From Eledone cirrhosa (taxonomy: Eukaryota): 64,000 nt of DNA. The notes under the pieces were generated by a model. The model saw only the letters and a list, made by a program, of their open reading frames with translations. It was not told where the DNA came from and did no database searches. The stretch covers positions 11,966,001 to 12,030,000 of the forward strand of contig OZ024742.1 in NCBI GenBank assembly GCA_964016885.1. The letters are read 5' to 3'. Shown piece after piece: positions 12,486-26,143 of this stretch (position 1 is the stretch's first letter; each line of letters starts with the position of its first letter). A program made the translations under genes and the position numbers.

Positions 12486-13171
12486 TGTCTTTTAATGTTA
12501 AAAAAATGAATTGTCGCAGAAATGTTACCACTAAAAATAAAATTTCACCGGAGATAGATTTGTAAAACTCAATAAGAGGTGTGGTAGAATAAGAGCGGGG
12601 GATGGGGGTCTGAAAAGTTAATAAGCGAGGAGTGGGGCATCTGAAAATTTAATGGGCGCATTATTCGAGACCCTACAGATGACAGTTTAGATGATAAAAA
12701 AAACTGGCTGACTCATCGTCGAAACCGACGGAGGTCGAAGCTGTTTCATCACAGCATTAATTCTACTGTCCTTAGTAATGATAGTTCAAGTGCATGTGAA
12801 GCTCTTCAAGGCAGAATTGTAATTTTACGAAGATAATGATAGGAAAACAACGTGTATTTTTAGCAAGGAAACATTCTTATGTAACTACTGGTAAATACAC
12901 AACACTTAAAAATGCTCTTCAGACTCTACCAGTAATAATGATGTAATAATATCAGAACATTATTGGTAAAAAAGAAGAGAGGAAAGAAATCACTTAAATG
13001 AAAGCATAATCGAACGGCTGAAAATATATCAGAAATAAACATTGCCCCAAGCAGTATTGATGTCGGTGGAGGGGGTAACGGTTATTGGTTTTAAATATAA
13101 GTATAACTATTTCGAGTCTAAGTACACACTTGATATACAAACTAATGCATGTTATATATGTAGTGATACGG

Positions 13172-13231
<60 letters not shown>

Positions 13232-13370
13232 GAAAAGTATAGAAATTATCTATATATATAAGATGTATAAATGTTGATTGATGAAGGCAAAGAAAGTTAC
13301 GCAACTCAACATAGACATACGTACACACATACCATACACACAAGCACAGACACACACACACACACATACG

Positions 13371-13465
<95 letters not shown>

Positions 13466-13679
13466 TACATACGCACATAGTTACATACATAGAGACATAC
13501 AGACATATCCACACATATTTACATACATACACACGTATATATATCATATATATCGGTGAATGTGTGTATATAACAACAAGTTAAGTGTCTTAGGAGGAAT
13601 ATTTTAATTAGAACCCATTAATCTTCTGAAATATATATTGGTCTATATTATATTTGGGATTTTAAACACTTAGAATTTT

Positions 13680-15430
13680 GTTTTCAATATGTTTCAAATA
13701 TGTTTTCTATATATTTTCAGTATGTTTTCAATATGTGTTCAATATGTTTGCAATATCTTTCCAATATGGTTCTAATAAGTGTCCAATATACTTTCAATAT
13801 GTTTTCAATATGTGTTCAATATGTTTCCAATATCTTTCCAATATGGTTCTAATAAGTGTCCAATATACTTTCAATATGTTTTCAATATGTGTTCAATATG
13901 TTTGCAATATGTGTTCAATATGTTTCCAATATCTTTCCAATATGGTTCTAATAAGTGTCCAATATACTTTCAATATGTTTGCAATATGTGTTCAATATGT
14001 TTCCAATATCTTTCCAATATGGTTCTAATAAGTGTCCAATATACTTTCAATATGTTTTCAATATGTGTTCAATATGTTTCCAATATCTTTCCAATATGGT
14101 TCTAATAAGTGTCCAATATACTTTCAATATGTTTTCAATATGTGTTCAATATGTTTCCAATATCTTTCCAATATGGTTCTAATAAGTGTCCAATATACTT
14201 TCAATATGTTTTCAATATGTGTTCAATATGTTTCCAATATCTTTCCAATATGGTTCTAATAAGTGTCCAATATACTTTCAATATGTTTCCAATATGTGTT
14301 CAATATGTTTGCAATATCTTTCCAATATGGTTCTAATAAGTGTCCAATATACTTTCAATATGTTTCCAATATGTGTTCAATATGTTTTCAATATCTTTCC
14401 AATATGGTTCTAATAAGTGTCCAATATACTTTCAATATGTTTCCAATATGTGTTCAATATGTTTCCAATATCTTTCCAATATGGTTCTAATAAGTGTCCA
14501 ATATACTTTCAATATGTTTTCAATATGTGTTCAATATGTTTGCAATATCTTTCCAATATGGTTCTAATAAGTGTCCAATATACTTTCAATATGTTTCCAA
14601 TATGTGTTCAATATGTTTGCAATATCTTTCCAATATGGTTCTAATAAGTGTCCAATATACTTTCAATATGTTTCCAATATGTGTTCAATATGTTTCCAAT
14701 ATCTTTCCAATATGGTTCTAATAAGTGTCCAATATACTTTCAATATGTTTCCAATATGTGTTCAATATGTTTGCAATATCTTTCCAATATGGTTCTAATA
14801 AGTGTCCAATATACTTTCAATATGTTTCCAATATGTGTTCAATATGTTTCCAATATCTTTCCAATATGGTTCTAATAAGTGTCCAATATACTTTCAATAT
14901 GTTTTCAATATGTGTTCAATATGTTTGCAATATCTTTCCAATATGGTTCTAATAAGTGTCCAATATACTTTCAATATGTTTCCAATATGTGTTCAATATG
15001 TTTTCAATATCTTTCCAATATGGTTCTAATAAGTGTCCAATATACTTTCAATATGTTTCCAATATGTGTTCAATATGTTTCCAATATCTTTCCAATATGG
15101 TTCTAATAAGTGTCCAATATACTTTCAATATGTTTTCAATATGTGTTCAATATGTTTGCAATATCTTTCCAATATGGTTCTAATAAGTGTCCAATATACT
15201 TTCAATATGTTTCCAATATGTGTTCAATATGTTTCCAATATCTTTCCAATATGGTTCTAATAAGTGTCCAATATACTTTCAATATGTTTCCAATATGTGT
15301 TCAATATGTTTGCAATATCTTTCCAATATGGTTCTAATAAGTGTCCAATATACTTTCAATATGTTTCCAATATGGTTCCAGTATGTTTCCAATATATTTG
15401 CAATGTGGTTGCAATATATTTTCAATATAT
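13680..15430. repeat. 77-bp minisatellite (~21 copies) made of seven 11-bp CAATATGTTTT-type subunits
   Basis: The unit containing GGTTCTAATAAGTGTCC recurs every 77 bp (ORF starts 13955, 14032, 14109...). The edges decay into the 11-mer. Confidence 0.97.
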
Positions 15431-15696
15431 TTCCTACCTTTATATGTATACGTAGATATATATATTTGAACGCCCATCCCTGTCATGGAGAGAATTTAGC
15501 TGTTTCAGCGGCTGATCAAGCGATGGGTTTATATACACATCTCACTTCGTCTCGATCAGAGATAACTTTGTTTTTTTCATATATATATATATATGATATT
15601 TATAAATATACCGGCATATATACATACATACATAAACATATATACATATACACACATATATATGTTTATGTATATATATATATATATATATAAACG

Positions 15697-15935
15697 GAAA
15701 AATGAAACGAAATTTCATTTCCCACTCTTAGTACGGCTGTTACTTAAATATAAGTATATACACGTACATACATATATGTATACAGACGTACGTTGCTGAC
15801 GATAGCTAATAAGCTTGAAACTAGTACAGTGTTCCTTTGTCAGTGTTGAACAAACGAGCAACGATGGTTGCTGGACACTACGGCTTAATACAGGATGTTT
15901 GTTTACAAACACTCCGCGCATTATAATAAATGTTC
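15697..15935. mobile_element. Copy of a TA-embedded dispersed repeat family with an inverted junction
   Basis: 15697-15791 matches 32125-32220 directly. 15792-15935 matches the reverse complement of ~31840-31990. Confidence 0.75.
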
Positions 15936-16035
15936 GATGAATCCATACGTACATATATATATATGTGTGCATGTATGTATATATATATACATACTACTGT
16001 ACGTCTGTATACATATATGTATGTACGTGTACATA

Positions 16036-16082
<47 letters not shown>

Positions 16083-16185
16083 AACAAGATCGAAACCACT
16101 GGATATCGATCTAAGCACTTATTATATATTTATATATATACAAAGACACGCGCGCACACAGACACACACACACACATATATATTA

Positions 16186-16220
<35 letters not shown>

Positions 16221-16252
16221 ATATATATATATATACATGTAAATATATATAC

Positions 16253-16347
<95 letters not shown>

Positions 16348-16350
16348 TTA

Positions 16351-16454
<104 letters not shown>

Positions 16455-16738
16455 AAAAGGTAAACAGAAATAACATATACATAGGCGCGCGTACAACACG
16501 AGAAATTCTTAGAAAATGACAGGAGACAGTCTGTTATAGTTAAGTCTAATTGGTTGACTTTTAGAAAAGAACCACTGTATGATTCTTTTTATATAACACA
16601 TCATTGCCACTGGCGATAAATCACCGCAGTTCACTGCGTGCTAGAGATAGTTACTATGGAGTAAATTGAGGTTTTACTGGATTCTAAAGTAAATGATATC
16701 GATAGATTATTATCGATATATATGTATATATATTAGAC

Positions 16739-16765
<27 letters not shown>

Positions 16766-16769
<4 letters not shown>

Positions 16770-17500
16770 ATAGATCAATAAAGAAGAGTGACATGGTTTG
16801 CTATACAATAAGGGCTTTATTCACATTGCTGACAATTGTTTCTCTGAACTGGTAGGTCTAGAGATCGCTACCCGCCTGTTTTTGCGTCAATCGAACACCA
16901 ATACTTTGTTATAACCAGTCAATTCACCCCATGGCCACTTTTACATGTCAATTTCATACATCTACTTCGTATCAGTTCGTTTTATATGCTAAAGTCATCA
17001 GTATACTCTATGTCTTACTTAGATTGATGTTGTGATTATTTTAACTATTTACGGTCTAGCTAATTTATTGTAGTATTGTTGGTATTGTTAGTATTGTTAT
17101 TATTGTTCTGATTTAAGGCCACTACTATATATAGAAGCCATGCCTGTGTATTCCCTTCATTCTCGCATGCTCTGATGAATTGACTGGTTATAACAAAGTA
17201 TTGGTGATCGATTGACGCAGAAACAGGCGGGTAGCGATCTCTAGACCTACCAGTTCAGAGAAACAATTGTCAGCAATGTGAATAAAGCCCTTATTGTATA
17301 GCAAACCATGTCCCTCTTCTTTCTTGATTTATTATTACTCCAAGTGTAAACTACATAGAAATCACCGCGTACTCTCAGCATCACTATGGAAACGTCTTGT
17401 TGAGTCAAACTTAACCAAACGTTAATACTATCCACTACTCGGAGTACCCTAACTGGACTACATCTAAGTGTACTGCCTATAACAATAATTTGTTATCCCG
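16766..17500 (+). mobile_element. Non-coding Penelope-like 3' end (pseudo-LTR) with an inverted terminal copy
   Basis: ~16766-16926 is the reverse complement of ~17176-17337. Contains a hammerhead followed by AATAAA (17281-17286). Flanked by (TA)n. Confidence 0.75.
17168..17275 (+). ncRNA. Type I hammerhead ribozyme with ~80-nt stem II
   Basis: TGCT-CTGATGA-[..ACTGGT..ACCAGT..]-GAAA-CAATTG-TC-AGCA: stem I TGCT/AGCA, palindromic stem III, UC cleavage site after 17271. Confidence 0.72.
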
Positions 17501-17547
17501 TATATATATATATATATCTATAGATATACTCATACACACATACACAC

Positions 17548-17669
<122 letters not shown>

Positions 17670-17882
17670 TCTTTATTTACCATAAAGGCATAAAAAGAAG
17701 GGACAAATACAAAGGGGGAGTTTACATATAATCGAGTAAAAAGGGTGTAACATGAAAATAATCGAAAATAACCTCAAAAGGGAGGGGACGTGATGGGGGT
17801 TGCACACACCCCCGAAAAAGTGTGCAATCCTTTGCCCGGGGAGCACATGGAGAAGGTGCTCCCCTCTCCTTTACTTCTTTAC

Positions 17883-20800
17883 CTACAAGATGGTATACAG
17901 AGAAGGCCCATTTACACGAGCCATTCTCGCCACTATCACCCACCTTTCATAAAACTGCCTGTGGCCAAGCACCTCTCTCTCCATTCTTATCCTTCTTCGG
18001 AAGTGATATCGGAAGAAGTAGACCAGACTATGGCCAGAGAGGAAGTTGCCTGACCTCAGACCTTTCAATCGTGTCCACCAAACAACCTCTTTCAACATGG
18101 CTATTACGCACAGAAAAACCGCCTTTGCTTCCTTTGTGAAGAGGGGAGGCGGTTTGATTGTCATCACGGACTCGGCGGTCAATTTAATCGGCGCCACCCG
18201 CGACAGCAGTCGTTCGGCGTAGCCCCACAGATCAGCCACGCCCGGACATTGCACCAATGCGTGCGCAACGGTTTCTTCGTGACGCACGCATCTAGGGCAA
18301 ATCTTTTTTGAGGGATCCCTGCCCGGGCGCCCGTGTCTGTAGAGCCTCTCTCAAACGGGTAGAGCCCCCCGGTAGCACTGCCAGGCCAGTGACTTCTGGA
18401 AGTTGCCATTGGTCCTGGGCCGAAAGTCCTACCGAACAGGCTGGCCAGTTCGTCTTCTTCCATGTCCAGCGACTCTCCAAGGGTGTCATCGCCCCTGCTA
18501 GCCACCAGCCCTCTATGGAATGCTGAGGTGGATTCTCCACCGATGGCCTGGCCCGCTTGCCAGAGAGCCCTGAGCGCCTGAGCACACTCAGTGTGCCAGT
18601 CTCCCAGTTTTCCGGATCTTTGCTTGACCCAGGACTGTAGCTCGGTGAGCGAGACGAGTCTCGGAAAGGCTCGTTTCACGAACGGAGCCCACACCGGTTG
18701 ACCAGTGAGGAATACCTGTAGGTGCCGTAGCCTTAATGCGTGCCTACGCATCATCAACCACGGCATCCCCAGCCCTCCTTTCGAAGGTTGTTGGCAGCAG
18801 ATGGATCTTCTCACCATAGGAGGACGCTTCTTCCAAAGAAATTGGAAGAGCATGCGTTCCATGGTGGTGAGTGTTTCCTTAGGGCAAGGCACGACAGTCA
18901 GGCGGTAGTAAGTGACGGACGCTATGTTAATGTTCGCCACCTCCGCCCGGCCTTTTAGGGACAGCTTACACTTGGCCCATTTCGGGGTTAGTGCAAACAC
19001 CTTGTTCGTAACCTCGTTCCAGTTCTTTTCCACCTGGAGGTCCGGTCCAAACCAGACCCCAAGCAACTTTACCGGGCCCTCCGTCCAGTGTCCGACGACA
19101 CCGTCAGGAGGCATCGGTCTGCCTCTCCACGTTCCGAGTTGCAGCCCGATGGATTTTTCCCGGTTCAGTTTCGCTCCTGACAACCTTTCGTACTCCTCCA
19201 GTAAGGTACCGATCGCCTCGATCTCCGAGTCGGTTGATACCATTACTCGTCATCGGCGTAGGCCGACACCGCTTTGCTCAATCCTGGTTCCAGGGGGATA
19301 CCCTGCAACAACTCCAACTTCCTCAGTAAAGGCTCGAGAGTCAATACGTACAGAAGGGAGGAGAGAGGCCACCCCTGTCGAATGGATCGTGTGATTTCGA
19401 ACGGCTTCGAAAGGTAGCCGTTCACCTTGATCCTAGAACAGATGTGGTTGCTATGTAGGGCAGTGATCCAGCCTCTGAAAACAGGACCGAACCCAGCCGC
19501 CGCTAGCACCGCATCCAGGTAACCATGGTCGACCCTATCGAAGGCCTTAGACTGATCCAAGTTGATCAGGGCCCCACCGAAGCCGGGTTTGTTGCCAACC
19601 CTCTCTATGATGTATCGCATGAGGTGGAGGTTATCGTGAATGGACCTGGATGGGATAGCACATGTCTGCGCATCTCCCACCAGGCCACCCACGACAAGCG
19701 CCAACCTCTTTGCTAACACCTTGGCCAAAATCTTTAACTCTGTGTTTAGCAGGGTTATGGGCCGAAAATTATTTATACTATCCCCCTTGTTCTCGTCCTT
19801 CCTCACCAGCGTGACTACGCCCTTGGCTACAGAACAAGGAATTCTCCCGTTCTGCTGCCAATTGCAGTAGACCGCTTCGAGGAGTTCGGAGAAGAAGACC
19901 GGCATTGCTAAATAAAGTTCGTAAGGTATACCATCGAGACCTGGAGATTTGCGTCTGCTGCATTGGCTCAGCGCATCTCCGATCTCATCAGCCGAGATTG
20001 GTCCCTCGCAGGACTCTGCCTCTTCGTTCGAGAGACGCGGCAGGCCGTCGAGGTATGGACCGAAATCCACGCCCCCGCCCGGACCCTCGCCTCCCCCGAA
20101 AAATCGGGCAAAGTGCCTTTGAAAGGCCTCGCACATCTGCTTAGGCTCCCGGATCACCCGTCCATCTTCGTCTTGCAATGACCGGATGGTGGATCGATTT
20201 CCACTCTTAGCTTCTGTCACGCGGGCCCATCCAACGGCTTTGGCCCCCTCATTACCTAGAGCACGTATTTTACTTCGAATGACGCAGCCTTCGTGCTTTG
20301 CATCGAAAAACTGGTTCAAGGCCGTCCTCGATGCCAGCACTCTGGCCACATCTTCGCTCTTGATTGCCTCTTCTAATTTACCTGTTAATTCTTTCTCGTT
20401 TCTATTCCTATCGGCAGCTAACATCTTGCTATAACTTATTGATTCTGTTCTAATCTCTCTTTTGAGAGATGCCCACCATCGGTTGTTGACGATTGCACCC
20501 GTCAACCTCTCCTTAACTAATCTGCTAATCCGGTTTCTGTAAGTCTCTTTTGCCGGTAAAGACAAATTAAGTTTCCAGTAACCGGGACCCTGTCTATGTG
20601 TTTTCTCGAGATTGACCACGCAGGTCACTAATTTGTGATCCGTGTAGCCAACCGTGCGCATTTCTGGACAGCTTAATATGTCCCTATCCTTACTTCTAAC
20701 TAAGAATCTATCTAAGTACGATCTAGATTGACCACTGTGGTTTCTCCAAGTCCAGGTAGGCACAGTTGGAAAATCTAGTCGATATCTATCGACCAAGTTA

Positions 20801-21315
20801 AAACGGTCGAGTAACCCCTTGAGGCTGTTACACCCCACTCTATTAGGACATGCTCCTGCATAGTCCCAACGTGCATCCAGGATGTCATTCCAATCCCCCG
20901 CTAGAAGCAGGGAACGCGACGTTCCCAGAAAAGTCTCCAAACGCTGGAAGAAGTCGGGCCGTTCAGCTCCGGAAGGGGAGTAGACGGCGACCAGTCTCAA
21001 GGCCGCACTTTCACTACTGCCAACGTCTAGCACCAACAAACGACCCTCCGGGTCCGAGTGCACAACCTGTACGGCAAGACCCAGGTGTTTTTGCAGCAGT
21101 ACCACAACCCCACCCCCACCTCCAGGTTGACAGAGAGATGCATGCACCTCAAAGTCATCGAAGGTGGGGGCCAGCTGCCGCACGACGCTGATTCGAGTCT
21201 CACAGATAACCATTACATTTATACTACATGACCTGAGGTCATTTAGAAGCTTTGCTTGCTTCCAAGTTGAGCCCAGGCCACGTGCATTCAAACATCCTAC
21301 TCTTAACACATCCAT
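17883..21315 (-). pseudogene. Tx1-like ORF2 (AP endonuclease, reverse transcriptase, C-terminal Zn finger), disrupted
   Basis: EN motifs GCLNARGL, ICETR, AGDWND, SYLDRF, TDH. RT motifs KSPGLDG, FRPITLLN, LDQSKAFDRV, RQGWPLS, YADD. C-terminal CPRC..ETVAHALVQC. Frameshifts at ~19245 and ~18405, in-frame TGA at ~18353. Confidence 0.93.
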
Positions 21316-23071
21316 GTGGGCGGCAGAGCCAAAGGAGAGTGTAGAGACCTACCTTTCCGCTTCCCGGGGTTCGGGTTGCACGACTTCCATGGGTCGGGGG
21401 TGTTGGGTGAAGGGGTGTCTTGTGGTGGTGTGGGGTCGTCAGTGTGTGGTGGGGTTGGGGTGTTTGGAGTTGTGTTGGGGAGGGGAAGGGGAGCGGGAAA
21501 GCTTTTTAGTATGACGCGGTTTATGGGTTTGACAGAGGGTGGTCCTACGTCCTCCTTAAAATCCTTTTTTAGTTTTTGGTAGAGGTTCATTGGGATCTTT
21601 ATTAGTTTTAAATGTGGGTAGTTTTCTGACGAAACAAAGTTTACACCTTCGGTTTGTACCGAAGGATTATTGTATATGAGCTCATTTAATTTATTATTGT
21701 TTCTGTTGATGTAAGTATAGTGTAATGTCTTTTTTTCCGATGGTGTGAGTGTTTCGAAGAGGGGAGGGGCAGGTTTGGTTTTGTTTGTTGCTGGAGGGGG
21801 GTTTCTGTTTTGTTGGATTGTGTTGAGATTTGGGTGGGGGTTGTTTGTCCTTGTGTGTTTTGCACATGTTTTCTTTTTTTCCTTTTAATCTGTCTGAAGG
21901 ACTCCGTTTCTTCCTCCGAATTCGTTGGGTTATCTTCAGTGTTGGAGGGAAGAGGTATGTTTGCTGGTAATGTTTCCGTGTTGGTTTTCTTTGTGGGGGA
22001 GATGGATGTCACTATGTTAGACTGTGTTGTGTGTTGTGTCTGCGGTGGTTGTGTTGTTTTATTGAGTGAGAGGTTGGGTGGGCCTGTATTTTGTTTTGGG
22101 GTAATGTGTTGTGACTGTTTGTGTTGTGGTGGTGTTGTGGTTTTACTGAGGGACGGGTTGGGTGGGACTGAGTTTTGTTGTTTGTTTATCTGTTGTGGTG
22201 GTGGTGGTGGAGCTGGTGTTGGTAGCAGGGTTTTCTTTTTGTTGAGTTGGGGACAAGCGGCCTTCAGGTGCCCTCTGCCTGCACAGATATGGCAGGACGG
22301 CCTTCTCCCCTCCACGCTAATGTTTATATACCCGTGGTCCTCTAATAGGATTCTGTCGGGTATTTGGGCGATGCGTTCAGGCTTCATTTGTACTACCAGC
22401 TCTATACCTGTTCCACTGAACGCATTGCCTGTGGTTTTCCCAATGGAAATCACGTTGTCATTCACTGGATCGATGAAGCCATCTATGAGCCAGCAGTAGT
22501 CCACATCTGGCATCATTGCATCCAGCCATATGCATTGAGTTCTTTTCCCCATATAAGATGGATAAAAGGTGAAATTTTTCGAACGAATCGGTGACAAAGC
22601 ACATTTTTTTGCCGCCGATTCGTTCTTCATGATAATTGCTAGGCTTCCATACAGTCTGTCTTTTCTTATGAAAGTGGTTTCATTAAGTACTTCTGTGAGT
22701 ACTGTTTTGATATCTGCTTGAGAAGGCTGTTCAGGTTTTTTTGTACTGTTGTTGATGGTCCGAAACTTGACCGTTCGGTTTTCAATGTCTTTCGTGAATT
22801 CTTGAGGCATTTTTACCGATAAAATACCATTCTCTCCTTCACTTATGTATTGTTTGGCGTCCGTGATCCTTCGTACCACATCTGAAATGTTTTCCGCTAT
22901 ATAAGTCAAAGATTTCTTTGTTTTATGTGCAAATGAAATCTTGTCGTCTGCTTTGTTTTCTGATATGGTGTTATTTTCAAATGTTATTTTTGTGTTTGTT
23001 GTGTCGTTGTTTGTGTTATTAGTATTGTCATGCAATTTTTCAAATTTTTTTTTTTCGTTGTTGGAATCCAA
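21303..23071 (-). pseudogene. Tx1-like ORF1 (gag-like, CCHC zinc knuckle), frameshifted at ~21690
   Basis: CHICAGRGHLKAAC knuckle followed by a Pro/Thr/Gln-rich tail. Reading continues in a shifted frame (KLNELIYNN...MNLYQK...PPTWMC*) that overlaps the ORF2 ATG at 21315. Confidence 0.85.
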
Positions 23072-23478
23072 GTCCAGATTTGTGTTTTCGTCATTTTTTT
23101 TTTCTCCGCAGATTCGTCTGTTTTTATTTTAATTTTTCCTTCCTTCTCTATGACGTTAGTTGGGAAGGAAGGGGGGACTAAAGCGTGCGAGCTTACAACT
23201 CTTACCGCTGTCCCCCCACCACTATTTTCGTTCGCTGCGTTTAACATTTCTGTTAGACGATTGAAATTTTTTACACAAAATTTTTTAAAACAGGTTTTTC
23301 ACCTCTAGGAGGGGTAAAGATGAGCTGACCCACCGCCTGACAGTTCAGACGGAGGGTCAAGCTACACAATTGTATCAAAATTAAGTTTGAACTCACAAAA
23401 TTTCCTCAATAAATTTGAACAAAACTTCTGTGCGAAGTGAATGACATCCACACTGTAGAACAGACGACAGCTAGATTA

Positions 23479-23480
<2 letters not shown>

Positions 23481-23576
<96 letters not shown>
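23481..23576. repeat. (AGAT)n microsatellite, Tx1 5' flank
   Basis: About 24 perfect units. Confidence 0.97.
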
Positions 23577-23654
23577 GCTCTCTGTAAATATAACTACGCA
23601 AACAACCTTAATTTAATATTTATGTATATGTATGAGTATAATATATATATATAT

Positions 23655-23850
23655 ATATACAATATATTAATAAATGGAAACTATATTTATAAAACCATAA
23701 TTATTTTATTATACATATTTCAAGGGGAACCAAGGTAAATTATGGTGCGCTTATTATGCACGATAATTTACCTTGGTTCCTCTTGAAATATATATAATAA
23801 AATAATTATGGTTTTATAAATATAGTTTCCATTTATTAATATATTGTATA
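23655..23850. repeat. ~195-bp near-perfect AT-rich palindrome (foldback/MITE-like)
   Basis: Arms ACAATATATTAATAAATGGAAAC...AACCAAGGTAAATTAT and ATAATTTACCTTGGTT...GTTTCCATTTATTAATATATTGT around a ~19-nt centre. Confidence 0.88.
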
Positions 23851-24006
23851 TTTACTCCACTAACTTGTTGAGTGCTTTATATCAGTTATAAAAAAATGTT
23901 TAAGCTTGTTGAATCCCAACAAATTAAATATAACCTCTGCATATATATATATGTATATGAGTGAGACACACACACACATACACACACACACGTACACACA
24001 TACACA

Positions 24007-24091
<85 letters not shown>

Positions 24092-24211
24092 AATACAGAC
24101 TCAGAGGTGCAAAAACTCAAGATCTTATAAGGGTCACTCTTGTGGAAGAAGTAAATGAGTGTTTCATTGTATCGGACATAAGTCCTTCTTCAGGAAATAG
24201 GAAAGTTCGGT

Positions 24212-24370
24212 GTGTATAAGCTTGTATGATGTGTGTGTGTGTGTATGTATAAGCTTGTATGATGTGTGTGTGTGTGTGTGTATGTATAAGCTTGTATGAT
24301 GTGTGTGTGTGTGTGTGTATGTATAAGCTTGTATGATGTGTGTGTGTGTGTATAAGCTTGTATGTGTGTG
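24212..24370. repeat. TATAAGCTTGTATGA(TG)n minisatellite
   Basis: Five copies of TATAAGCTTGTATG separated by TG runs. Confidence 0.85.
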
Positions 24371-24451
24371 AGTGTAACCTTGTATGATTGTCTGTATTGG
24401 TGTGTGGTATAAACCAAAGCTGGAATGGAAGTATGCGGTAAGGAATTGTGT

Positions 24452-24612
24452 GTAAAGTAAGAGAGAGGGAGGGGTGGGGTAAATTAAGAGAGAAGGAAGG
24501 GTGGGGTAAAGTAAGAGAGAGGGAGGGAGGGGTAAAGTAAGATAGGGGTGGGGTAAAGTAAGAGAGAAGGAGGGGTGGGGGTAAAGTAAGAGAGAGGGAG
24601 GGTGGGGTAAAG
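24452..24612. repeat. Purine/G-rich minisatellite GTAAAGTAAGAGAGAGGGAGGGGTGGG
   Basis: About six diverged copies with GGG(G) tracts. Confidence 0.85.
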
Positions 24613-24691
24613 AGAAAGAAAATAGAAAATAATTATTATTTAATTAGCAACGCCATCATTGCGATTAAGACCACGGTTACTTATAGCAAAA

Positions 24692-25176
24692 TCATCATCA
24701 TCAACATCAGCAGCAGCGGCACCAGCAGCAGCACCAGCACCACAACCACAACCGCCACCACCAGCACCACCACCACTAGCACTATCAGCAGCAGCACCAC
24801 CACGTGCACCACCAGCAGCAGCACCACCTCCACCAGCACCACCACCACTAGCACTATCAGCAGCAGCACCATCAACACCACGTGCACCCCGTGCACCACC
24901 ACCACCACCACCACTACCACAACTGCCACCACCACCATCATCACCAACACTACCACCGCCACCACCGCCAACGCCACCACCACCAGCACCAACAGCACCA
25001 CCACTACCACCACCACAACCGCCACCACCACCACCACCGCCACCACCGCCACCGCCACCGCCAACACCACCACCACCACCACCGCCATTGCCACCACCGC
25101 CACCACCACCACCACCGCCACCACCACCACCGCCACCGCCACCGCCAACACCACCACCACCACCACCGCCACCGCC

Positions 25177-25207
<31 letters not shown>

Positions 25208-25711
25208 CCACCGCCACCACCACCAGCACCACCAGCACCACCACTACCACCACCGCCATTGCCACCACCGCCACCACCACCACCATCACCACCGCCACCA
25301 CCACCAGCACCACCAGCACCACCACTACCACCACCGCCATCGCCACCACCGCCACCACCACCAGCACCACCAGCACCACCACTACCACCACCGCCATCGC
25401 CACCACCGCCACCACCACCACCACCACCACCACCACCACCACCACCGCCACCACCACCAGCACCACCAGCACCACCATTACCACCACCACCACCACCACC
25501 ACCATCGCCACCACCACCAGCACCACCAGCACCACCACTACCACCACGGCCACCGCCACCACCACCACCACCACTGCCGCCACCACCACCAGCACCACCA
25601 GCACCACCACTACCACCACCGCCACCACCACCACCGCCACCGCCACCACCACCACTACCACCACCTCCACCGCCAACACCACCACGGCCACCGCCACCAC
25701 CACCACCACCA
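24692..25711. repeat. Degenerate (CCA)n trinucleotide array
   Basis: CCA/CCG/GCA/CTA triplets. They produce the poly-Pro, poly-His, poly-Gly and poly-Val ORFs. Confidence 0.95.
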
Positions 25712-26082
25712 CGTTCTCTTGTTTTTCCTTCTTTCGCTTCAAGAGTTTCACTTCCAACGGTATAATGATCTTCAGCATCTCTGACGGGTCTACTGCGCCA
25801 TTGAAACATATCTCAATCATATATATACATGTAAAAATATATATTTTATGTCGATAAATATGTAAGATAGCATGAGAGGCAAACATTGTGTGGTAAGGTT
25901 GCAGCTGTAACGTACGATGAAGAAAGAGTCAGCAGAACTAGAACAGCATTTAAGGCTGAGCCTGATTCTCCAGCCTAAATCAGATAAGTGAAAGTGGTGT
26001 TAAAATATGGGAAAAATTGCTTCAGAACCGGTTCAGTTAAAACACCTGTGATTTAATTGTACAGCTGGTCACCCCGTATACG

Positions 26083-26140
<58 letters not shown>

Positions 26141-26143
<3 letters not shown>

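Noticed and set aside
12680-12750. Possible decayed hammerhead (ACAGTTT-AGATGA...GAAACC..GGTC-GAAGCTGT)
   Set aside because: The CUGANGA box is not intact and stem II does not pair convincingly.
13678-15693. Series of 75-aa ORFs and a CRISPR-like regular array
   Set aside because: Pure 77-bp tandem repeat with no unique spacers and no cas genes; eukaryotic context.
17790-23308. Plus-strand ORFs over the Tx1 element
   Set aside because: Antisense shadows of ORF1/ORF2 with no independent motifs.
24659-25784. Poly-Pro (formin FH1-like) and poly-His ORFs
   Set aside because: No adjoining FH2 or other domain; explained by (CCA)n.
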